A DNA stretch of 64,000 nucleotides from the human T2T-CHM13v2.0 reference genome, Homo sapiens, in assembly GCF_009914755.1 (NCBI RefSeq), contig NC_060944.1; one strand, given 5' to 3'. The notes beneath the pieces are model-generated. The model was not told the DNA's origin, searched no databases, and worked only from the letters and a program-made list of their open reading frames with translations. This document shows, piece by piece, positions 53,201 through 63,271 of this stretch (its first letter is position 1; each line of letters opens with the position of its first letter). The translations under genes were made by a program, and so were the position numbers.

Positions 53201-56200
53201 TATGTGAAGATATTTCCTTTTCCACCATAAACCTCAAAGCGCTCCAAATATCTACTTACAGATTCTACAAAAAGAGTTTCAAAACTGCTCTACAAAAGAA
53301 AGGTTCAACTCTGCGAGTTGAATTCACACATCACAAAGAAGTTTCAGAGAATGCTTCTGTCTAGCTTTTATGTGAAGATATTTCCTTTTACACCATAGGC
53401 CTCAAACCGCTCCAAATATCCACTTGCAGATTCTGCAAAAAGACTTTTTCAAAACTGCTCAATCAAAGGAAAGGTCAACTCTGTGAGTTGAATGCACACA
53501 ACACAAACAAGTTTCTGAGAATGCTGCTGTCTAGTTTTTATGTGCGGATATTTCCTTTTCCACCATAGGCATCAAAGCGCTCCAAATATCCAACTGCAGA
53601 TTCTACAAAAAGAGTGTTTCAAAACTGCTCTATCAAAGAAAGGTTCAACTCTGTGATTTGAATGCACACATCACAAAGACGTTTCTGAGAATGCTTCTGC
53701 TCTAGTTTTTTTGAGAAGGTGTTTCCTTTTCCACCATAGGCCTCAAAGCGCTCCAAATATCCACTTGCAGATTCTTCAGAAAGAGTGTTTCAACACTGCT
53801 CAATCATAGGAAAAGTTCAACTCTGTGAGTTGAATGCACACAACACAAAGAAGTTTCTGAGAATGCTTCTGTCTAGTTTTTATGTGAAGATATTTCCTTT
53901 TACACCATAGGCCTCAAACTGCTCCAAATATCCATTTGTGGATTCTACAAAAAGACTTTTTCAAAACTGCTCAATCAAAGGAAAGGTTCAACTCTGTGAG
54001 TTGAATGCACACAACACAAACAAGTTTCTGAGAATGCTGCTGTCTAGATTTTATGTGCGGATATTTCTTTTTCCACCATAGGCATCAAAGCGCTCCAAAT
54101 ATCCAACCGCAGATTGTACAAAAATAGTGTTTCAAAACTGCTGTATCAAAAAAAAGGTTCAACTCTGTGAGTTGAATGCACACATCACAAAGAAGTTTCT
54201 GAGAATGCTTCTGCTGTAGTTTTTTTTGTGAATGTGTTTCCTTTTCCACCACAGGCCTCAAAGCGCTCCAAATATCCACTTTCAGATTCCTGAAAAAGAG
54301 TGTTTTAAAACTCCTCTATCAACATAAGTGTTCAACTCTGTGAGTTGAATGCACTCATCACAAAGATATTTCTGAGAATGCTTCCGCCTAGTTTTTATGT
54401 GTAGGTATCTCCTTTTCCACCATAGGCCTCAAAGCACTCCAAATATCCACTTTCAGATTCTAGAAAAAGAGTGATTTAAAACTGCTCTATCAACAGAAAG
54501 GTTCAACTCTCTGAGTTGAATGCACTTATCACGAAGAAGTTTCTGAGAATGCTTCTGTCTAGTTATTATGTGAAGATATTTCCTTTTCCACCATAAGCCT
54601 CAAAGCGCTCCAAATATCTAGTTACAGATTCTACAAAAAGAGTTTCAAAACTGCTCTACAAAAGAAAGGTTCAACTCTGCGAGTTCAATTCACACATCAC
54701 AAAGAAGTTTCAGAGAATCCTTCTGTCTAGTTTTTATGTGAAGATATTTCCTTTTACACCATAGGCCTCAAACCGCTCCAAATATCCACTTGCAGATTCT
54801 GCAAAAAGATTTTTTCAAAACTGCTCAATCAAAGGAAAGGTCAACTCTGTGAGTTGAATGCACACAACACAAACAAGTTTCTGAGAATGCTTCTGCTCTA
54901 GTTTTTCTTGTGAAGGTGTTTCCTTTTCCACCACAGGCCTCAAAGCGCTCCAAATATCCTCTTTCAGATTCCTGAAAAAGAGTGTTTTAGAACTCCTCTA
55001 TCAACATAAGTGTTCAACTCTGTGAGTTGAATGAACTCATCACAAAGATATTTCTGAGAATGCTTCCGCCTAGTTTTTATGTGTAGGTATTTCCTTTTCC
55101 ACCATAGGCCTCAAAGCACTCCAAATTTCCACTTTCAGATTCTAGAAAAAGAGTGATTTAAAACTGCTCTATCAACAGAAAGGTTCGACTCTCTGAGTTG
55201 AATGCACTTATCACGAAGAAGTTTCTGAGAATGCTTCTGTCTAGTTTTTATGTGAAGATATTTCCTTTTCCACCATAAGCCTCAAAGCGCTCCAAATATC
55301 TACTTACAGATTCTACAAAAAGAGTTTCAAAACTGCTCTACAAAAGAAAGGTTCAACTCTGCGAGTTGAATTCACACATCACAAATAAGTTTCAGAGAAT
55401 GCTTCTGTCTAGTTTTTATGTGAAGATATTTCCTTTTACACCATAGGCCTCAAACCGCTCCAAATATCCACTTGCAGATTCTGCAAAAAGACTTTTTCAA
55501 AACTGCTCAATCAAAGGAAAGGTCAACTCTGTGAGTTGAATGCACACAACACAAACAAGTTTCTGAGAATGCTGCTGTCTAGTTTTTATGTGCGGATATT
55601 TCCTTTTCCACCATAGGCATCAAAGCGCTCCAAATATCCAACTGCAGATTCTACAAAAAGAGTGTTTCAAAACTGCTCTATCAAAGAAAGGTTCAGCTCT
55701 GTGAGTTGAATGCACACATCACAAAGACGTTTCTGAGAATGCTTCTGCTCTAGTTTTTTTGTGAAGGTGTTTCCTTTTCCACCATAGGCCTCAAAGCGCT
55801 CCAAATATCCACTTGCAGATTCTTCAGAAAGAGTGTTTCAAAACTGCTCAATCATAGGAAAAGTTCTACTCTGTGAGTTGAATGCACACAACACAAAGAA
55901 GTTTCTGAGAATGCTTCTGTCTAGTTTTTATGTGAAGATATTTCCTTTTACACCATAGGCCTCAAACTGCTCCAAATATCCACTTGTGGATTCTACAAAA
56001 AGACTTTTTCAAAACTGCTCAATCAAAGGAAAGGTTCAACTCTGTGAGTTGAATGCACACAACACAAACAAGTTTCTGAGAATGCTGCTGTCTAGATTTT
56101 ATGTGCGGATATTTCGTTTTCCACCATAGGCATCAAAGCGCTACAAATATCCAACCGCAGATTGTACAAAAATAGTGTTTCAAAACTGCTCTATGAAAAA

Positions 56201-59200
56201 AAAAGGTTCAACTCTGTGAGTTGAATGCACACATCACAAAGAAGTTTCTGAGAATGCTTCTGCTATAGTTTTTTTTGTGAAGGTGTTTCCTTTTCCACAG
56301 TAGGCCTCAAAGCGCTCCAAATATCCACTTTCAGATTCCTGAAAAAGAGTGTTTTAAAACTCCTCTATCAACATAAGTGTTCGACTCTGTGAGTTGAATG
56401 CACTCATCACAAAGATATTTCTGAGAATGCTTCTGCCTAGTATTTATGTGTAGGTATTTCCTTTTCCACCATAGGCCTCAAAGCACTCCAAATATCCACT
56501 TTCAGATTCTAGAAAAAGAGTGATTTAAACTGCTCTATCAACAGAAAGGTTCGACTCTGTGAGTTGAATTCACTTATAACAAAGAAGTTTCTGAGAATGC
56601 TTCTGTCTAGTTTTTATGTGAAGATATTTCCTTTTCCACCATAAGCCTCAAAGCGCTCCAAATATCTACTTACAGATTCTGCACAAAGAGTTTCAAAACT
56701 GCTCTACAAAAGAAAGGTTCAACTCTGTGAGTTGAATTCACACATCACAAAGAAGTTTCAGAGAATGCTTCTGTCTAGTTTTTATGTGAAGATATTTCCT
56801 TTTACACCATAGGCCTCAAACCGCTCCAAATATCCACTTGCAGATTCTGCAAAAAGATTTTTTCAAAACTGCTCAATCAAAGGAAAGGTCAACTCTGTGA
56901 GTTGAATGCACACAACACAAACAAGTTTCTGAGAATGCTTCTGCTCTAGTTTTTCTTGTGAAGGTGTTTCCTTTTCCACCACAGGCCTCAAAGCGCTCCA
57001 AATATCCTCTTTCAGATTCCTGAAAAAGAGTGTTTTAGAACTCCTCTATCAACATAAGTGTTCAACTCTGTGAGTTGAATGAACTCATCACAAAGATATT
57101 TCTGAGAATGCTTCCGCCTAGTTTTTATGTGTAGGTATTTCCTTTTCCACCATAGGCCTCAAAGCACTCCAAATTTCCACTTTCAGATTCTAGAAAAAGA
57201 GTGATTTAAAACTGCTCTATCAACAGAAAGGATCGACTCTCTGAGTTGAATGCACTTATCACGAAGAAGTTTCTGAGAATGCTTCTGTCTAGTTTTTATG
57301 TGAAGATATTTCCTTTTCCACCATAAGCCTCAAAGCGCTCCAAATATCTACTTACAGATTCTACAAAAAGAGTTTCAAAACTGCTCTACAAAAGAAAAGG
57401 TTCAACTCTGCGAGTTGAATTCACACATCACAAAGAAGTTTCAGAGAATGCTTCTGTCTAGTTTTTATGTGAAGATATTTCCTTTTACACCATAGGCCTC
57501 AAACCGCTCCAAATATCCACTTGCAGATTCTGCAAAAAGACTTTTTCAAAACTGCTCAATCAAAGGAAAGGTCAACTCTGTGAGTTGAATGCACACAACA
57601 CAAACAAGTTTCTGAGAATGCTGCTGTCTAGTTTTTATGTGCGGATATTTCCTTTTCCACCATAGGCATCAAAGCGCTCCAAATATCCAACTGCAGATTC
57701 TACAAAAAGAGTGTTTCAAAACTGCTCTATCAAAGAAAGGTTCAACTCTGTGAGTTGAATGCACACATCACAAAGACGTTTCTGAGAATGCTTCTGCTCT
57801 AGTTTTTTTGTGAAGGTGTTTCCTTTTCCACCATAGGCCTCAAAGCGCTCCAAATATCCACTTGCAGATTCTTCAGAAAGAGTGTTTCAAAACTGCTCAA
57901 TCATAGGAAAAGTTCTACTCTGTGAGTTGAATGCACACAACACAAAGAAGTTTCTGAGAATGCTTCTGTCTAGTTTTTATGTGAAGATATTTCCTTTTAC
58001 ACCATAGGCCTCAAACTGCTCCCAATATCCACTTGTGGATTCTACAAAAAGACTTTTTCAAAACTGCTCAATCAAAGGAAAGGTTCAACTCTGTGAGTTG
58101 AATGCACACAACACAAACAAGTTTCTGAGAATGCTGCTGTCTAGATTTTATGTGCGGATATTTCGTTTTCCACCATAGGCATCAAAGCGCTCCAAATATC
58201 CAACCGCAGATTGTACAAAAATAGTGTTTCAAAACTGCTCTATCAAAAAAAAAGGTTCAACTCTGTGAGTTGAATGCACACATCACAAAGAAGTTTCTGA
58301 GAATGCTTCTGCTCTAGTTTTTTTTGTGAAGGTGTTTCCTTTTCCACCGTAGGCCTCAAAGCGCTCCAAATATCCACTTTCAGATTCCTGAAAAAGAGTG
58401 TTTTAAAACTCCTCTATCAACATAAGTGTTCGACTCTGTGAGTTGAATGCACTCATCACAAAGATATTTCTGAGAATGCTTCTGCCTAGTATTTATGTGT
58501 AGGTATTTCCTTTTCCACCATAGGCCTCAAAGCACTCCAAATATCCACTTTCAGATTCTAGAAAAAGAGTGATTTAAAACTGCTCTTTCAACAGAAAGGT
58601 TCGACTCTGTGAGTTGAATTCACTTATAACAAAGAAGTTTCTGAGAATGCTTCTGTCTAGTTTTTATGTGAAGATATTTCCTTTTCCACCATAAGCCTCA
58701 AAGCGCTCCAAATATCTACTTACAGATTCTGCACAAAGAGTTTCAAAACTGCTCTACAAAAGAAAGGTTCAACTCTGTGAGTTGAATTCACACATCACAA
58801 AGAAGTTTCAGAGAATGCTTCTGTCTAGTTTTTATGTGAAGATATTTCCTTTTACACCATAGGCCTCAAACCGCTCCAAATATCCACTTGCAGATTCTGC
58901 AAAAAGACTTTTTCAAAACTGCTCAATCAAAGGAAAGGTCAACTCTGTGAGTTGAATGCACACAACACAAACAAGTTTCTGAGAATGCTGCTGTCTAGTT
59001 TTTATGGGCGGATATTTCCTTTTCCACCATAGGCATCAAAGCGCTCCAAATATCCAACTGCATATTCTACAAAAAGAGTGTTTCAAAACTGCTCTATCAA
59101 AGAAAGGTTCAACTCTGTGAGTTGAATGCACACATCACAAAGACGTTTCTGAGAATGCTTCTGCTCTAGTTTTTTTGTGAAGGTGTTTCCGTTTCCACCA

Positions 59201-62100
59201 TAGGCCTCAAAGCGCTCCAAATATCCACTTGCAGATTCTTCAGAAAGAGTGTTTCAAAACTGCTCAATCATAGGAAAAGTTCTACTCTGTGAGTTGAATG
59301 CACACAACACAAAGAAGTTTCTGAGAATGCTTCTGTCTAGTTTTTATGTGAAGATATTTCCTTTTACACCATAGACCTCAAACTGCTCCAAATATCCACT
59401 TGTGGATTCTACAAAAAGACTTTTTCAAAACTGCTCAATCAAAGGAAAGGTTCAACTCTGTGAGTTGAATGCACACAACACAAACAAGTTTCTGAGAATA
59501 CTGCTGTCTAGATTTTATGTGCGGATATTTCGTTTTCCACCATAGGCATCAAAGCGCTCCAAATATCCAACCGCAGATTGTACAAAAATAGTGTTTCAAA
59601 ACTGCTCTATGAAAAAAAAAGGTTCAACTCTGTGAGTTGAATGCACACATCACAAAGAAGTTTCTGAGAATGCTTCTGCTCTAGTTTTTTTTGTGAAGGT
59701 GTTTCCTTTTCCACCACAGGCCTCAAAGCTTTCCAAATATCCACTTTCAGATTCCTGAAAAAGAGTTTTTTAAAACTCCTCTATCAACATAAGTGTTCAA
59801 CTCTGTGAGTTGAATGCACTCATCACAAAGATATTTCTGAGAATGCTTCCGCCTAGTTTTTATGTGTAGGTATTTCCTTTTCCACCATAGGCCTCAAAGC
59901 ACTCCAAATATCCACTTTCAGATTCTAGAAAAAGAGTGATTTAAAACTGCTCTATCAACAGAAAGGTTCGACTCTGTGAGTTGAATGCACTTATCACGAA
60001 GAAGTTTCTGAGAATGCTTCTGTCTAGTTTTTATGTGAAGATATTTCCTTTTCCACCATAAGCCTCAAAGCGCTCCAAATATCTACTTACAGATTCTACA
60101 AAAAGAGTTTCAAAACTGCTCTACAAAAGAAAGGTTCAACTCTGCGAGTTGAATTCACACATCACAAAGAAGTTTCAGAGAATGCTTCTGTCTAGTTTTT
60201 ATGTGAAGATATTTCCTTTTACACCATAGGCCTCAAACCGCTCCAAATATCCACTTGCAGATTCTGCAAAAAGACTTTTTCAAAACTGCTCAATCAAAGG
60301 AAAGGTCAACTCTGTGAGTTGAATGCACACAACACAAACAAGTTTCTGAGAATGCTGCTGTCTTGTTTTTATGTGCGGATATTTCCTTTTCCACCGTAGG
60401 CATCAAAGCGCTCCAAATATCCAACTGCAGATTCTACAAAAAGAGTGTTTCAAAACTGCTCTATCAAAGAAAGGTTCAACTCTGTGAGTTGAATGCACAC
60501 ATCACAAAGACGTTTCTGAGAATGCTTCTGCTCTAGTTTTTTTGTGAAGGTGTTTCCTTTTCCACCATAGGCTTCAAAGCGCTCCAAATATCCACTTGCA
60601 GATTCTTCAGAAAGAGTGTTTCAAAACTGCTCAATCATAGGAAAAGTTCAACTCTGTGAGTTGAATGCACACAACACAAAGAAGTTTCTGAGAATGCTTC
60701 TGTCTAGTTTTTATGTGAAGATATTTCCTTTTCTACCATAGGCCTCAAACTGCTCCAAATGTCCACTTGCAGATTCTACAAAAAGACTTTTTCAAAACTG
60801 CTCAATCAAAGGAAAGGTTCAACTCTGTGAGTTGAATGCACACAACACAAACAAGTTTCTGAGAATGCTGCTGTCTAGATTTTATGTGCGGATATTTCGT
60901 TTTCCACCATAGGCATCAAAGCGCTCCAAATATCCAACCGCAGATTGTACAAAAATAGTGTTTCAAAACTGCTCTTTCAAAAAAAAAGGTTCAACTCTGT
61001 GAGTTGAATGCACACATCACAAAGAAGTTTCTGAGAATGCTTCTGCTCTAGTTTTTTTTGTGTAGGTGTTTCCTTTTCCACCATAGGCCTCAAAGCGCTC
61101 CAAATATCCACTTTCAGATTCCTGAAAAAGAGTGTTTTAAAACTCCTCTATGAACATAAATGTTCAACTCTGTGAGTTGAATGCACTCATCACAAAGATA
61201 TTTCTGAGAATGCTTCCGCCTAGTTTTTTTGTGTAGGAATTTTCTTTTCCACCATAGGCCTCAAAGCACTCCAAATATCCACTTTCAGATTCTAGAAAAA
61301 GAGTGATTTAAAACTGCTCTATCAACAGAAAGGTTCGACTCTCTGAGTTGAATGCACTTATCACAAAGAAGTTTCTGAGAATGCTTCTGTCTAGTTTTAA
61401 TGTGAAGATATTTCCTTTTCCACCATAAGCCTCAAAGCGCTCCAAATATCTACTTACAGATTCTACAAAAAGAGTTTCAAAACTGCTCTACAAAAGAAAG
61501 GTTCCACTCTGCGAGTTGAATTCACACATCACAAAGAAGTTTCAGAGAATGCTTCTGTCTAGTTTTTATGTGAAGATATTTCCTTTTACACCATAGGCCT
61601 CAAACCTCTCCAAATATCCACTTGCAGATTCTGCAAAAAGACTTTTTCAAAGCTGCTCAATCAAAGGAAAGGTCAACTCTGTGAGTTGAATGCACACAAC
61701 ACAAACAAGTTTCTGAGAATGCTGCTGTCTAGTTTTTATGTGCGGATATTTCCTTTTCCACCGTAGGCAGCAAAGCGCTCCAAATATCCAACTGCAGATT
61801 CTACAAAAAGAGTGTTTCAAAACTGCTCTATCAAAGAAAGGTTCAACTCTGTGAGTTGAATGCACACATCCCAAAGACGTTTCTGAGAATGCTTCTGCTC
61901 TAGTTTTTTCGTGAAGGTGTTTCCTTTTCCAGCATAGGCCTCAAAGCGCTCCAAATATCCACTTGCAGATTCTTCAGAAAGAGTGTTTCAAAACTGCTCA
62001 ATCATAGGAAAAGTTCAACTCTGTGAGTTGAATGCACACAACACAAAGAAGTTTCTGAGAATGCTTCTGTCTAGTTTTTATGTGAAGATATTTCCTTTTC
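41251..62100. repeat. Divergent, structurally variable distal HOR domain
   Basis: M1 markers at 40495, 42542, 44250, 45446, 47496, 49342, 50369, 51049, 51902, 53269, 54635, 55317, 56683, 57365, 58733, 60100, 61467 give units of 12, 10, 7, 12, 11, 6, 4, 5, 8, 8, 4, 8, 4, 8, 8, 8 monomers. Predominant alleles: M2 GGAAAGGTCAAC, M5 GACTTTTTC and GAGTTGAAT, M6 pure A-run and CAAAGAAG. Confidence 0.87.
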
Positions 62101-62174
62101 TACCATATACCTCAAAGTGCTCCAAATGTCCACTTGCAGATTCTACAAAAAGAGTGTTTCAAAACTGGTCTATG

Positions 62175-62188
62175 AAAAAGAAGGTTCA
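62175..62188 (+). other. L1 target-site duplication, left copy
   Basis: AAAAAGAAGGTTCA; matches the right copy at 13/14. Confidence 0.85.
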
Positions 62189-62273
62189 TATGTGCCACAT
62201 TTTCTTAATCCAGTCTATCATTGTTAGACATTTGGTTTAGTTCCAAGTCTTTGCTATTGTGAATAATGCCGCA
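62189..62273 (-). mobile_element. Inverted 5' segment of the L1 (ORF2 C-terminal coding fragment)
   Basis: Reverse complement reads TGCGGCATTATTCACAATAGCAAAGACTTGGAAC...GATAGACTGGATTAAGAAAATGTGGCACATA, which in L1 directly precedes the sense segment. Confidence 0.94.
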
Positions 62274-62654
62274 CATATGCACCATGGAATACTATGCAGC
62301 CGTAAAAAATGATAAGTTCATGTCCTTTGCAGGGACATGGATGAAATTGGAAATCATCATTCTCAGTAAACTATCGCAAGAACAAAAAACCAAACACCGC
62401 ATATTCTCACTCATAGGTGGGAATTGAACAATGAGATCACATGGACACAGGAAGAGGAATATCACACTCCGGGGACTGTTGTGCGGTCGGGGGAGGGTGT
62501 TGGGATAGCATTGGGAGATATACCTAATGTTAGATGACGAGTTATTGGGTGCAGTGCACCAGCATGTCACATGTATTCATATGTAACTAAGCTGCACAAT
62601 GTGCACATGTACCCCAAAACTTAATGTATAATAAAAAAAAAAGAAGAAGAAAAA
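62189..62654 (+). mobile_element. LINE-1 insertion, 5'-truncated with 5' inversion (L1PA2/L1PA3-like), ~470 bp
   Basis: 62271-62632 matches the L1 ORF2 end and 3'UTR in sense (CACCATGGAATACTATGCAGCC ... ATAGGTGGGAATTGA, ORF2 stop at 62425-62427; G-rich tract; AATAAA at 62630-62635; A-rich tail). 62189-62273 is the adjacent upstream L1 segment in antisense. GAG rather than ACA/ACG at the Ta-diagnostic site (GATGACGAGTT) excludes L1HS-Ta and pre-Ta. Confidence 0.96.
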
Positions 62655-62668
62655 AAAAAGAATGTTCA
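62655..62668 (+). other. L1 target-site duplication, right copy
   Basis: AAAAAGAATGTTCA, after which the alphoid monomer resumes in register (ACACTCTGAGTTTAATG). The left edge is ambiguous because it abuts the poly(A) tail. Confidence 0.85.
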
Positions 62669-63254
62669 ACACTCTGAGTTTAATGGACACATAACAAAGA
62701 AGTTTCTGAGAATACTTCTTTCTACTCTCTATGTGAAGATATTTCCTTTTCCACCATAGGCCTCCAAACGCTCCAAATATCCACTTGCAGATTCTACAAA
62801 AAGACTGTTTCAAAACTGCTCTATGAAGAGGATGGTCCAACCCTGTGACTTGAATGCCACATCACAAAGCAATTTCTGAGAATGCTTCTGTCTAGTTTTT
62901 ATATGAAGACATTTCCTTTTCTACCATAGGCCTCAACAGGCTCCATATATCCAGCTGCAGATTCTACAAAAAGAGTGTTTCAAAACTGCTCTATCAAAAG
63001 GTTGGTTTAACTCTCTGAATTGAATGCACACATCACAAAGAAGTTTCTGAGAATGCTTCTGTATAATTTTAGTATGAAGATATTTCCTTTTCCACCACAG
63101 GCCTCAAAGTGCTCCAATTGTTCACTTGCAGATTCTACAAATAGAGTGTTTCAAAACTGCTCAATCAAAGCAAAATTTCAACTCTGTGAGTTGAATACAC
63201 ACAACACAAAGAAGTTTCTGAGAATGCTTCTGTCTAGTTTTTATGTGAAGAATT

Positions 63255-63271
63255 TCCCGTTTCCACCGAAG
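63255..63271 (-). promoter_or_regulatory. CENP-B box (all 9 essential bases intact)
   Basis: + strand TCCCGTTTCCACCGAAG = minus strand CTTCGGTGGAAACGGGA. It fits nTTCGnnnnAnnCGGGn, has one mismatch to canonical CTTCGTTGGAAACGGGA, and sits at the normal box position of the monomer. Confidence 0.88.

Larger units (their letters stand above)
1..62100. repeat. Alpha-satellite higher-order repeat array, 8-mer unit (1,367 bp), A-type monomers
   Basis: ~171-bp monomers with alphoid motifs (AAACTGCTCTATCAAA, TTCAACTCTGTGAGTTGAATGCACACATCACAAAGAAGTTTCTGAGAATG). The M1 marker (CTACTTACAGATTCTAC)AAAAAGAGTTTC recurs at 1, 1368, 2735, 3586, 4953, 6320 ... 40495, a 1,367-bp period. All monomers are in one orientation; the conventional CATTCTCAGAAAC orientation is on the minus strand. 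Confidence 0.98.

Noticed and set aside
59186-59204. TTCCGTTTCCACCATAG, partly resembling a CENP-B box
   Set aside because: A single substitution in an A-box; the CCCG and CGAA halves are incomplete.
1-62100. Regular repeats that could be mistaken for a CRISPR array
   Set aside because: There are no unique spacers and no cas genes; the whole unit is homologous alphoid DNA.
62271-62632. Active or human-specific L1HS-Ta insertion
   Set aside because: It has GAG at the diagnostic site, is severely truncated and carries many substitutions.
62292-62840. Minus-strand ORFs of 92 and 87 aa, one with a poly-Phe run
   Set aside because: Antisense readings of the L1 3' end and its poly(A) tail joined to satellite sequence.
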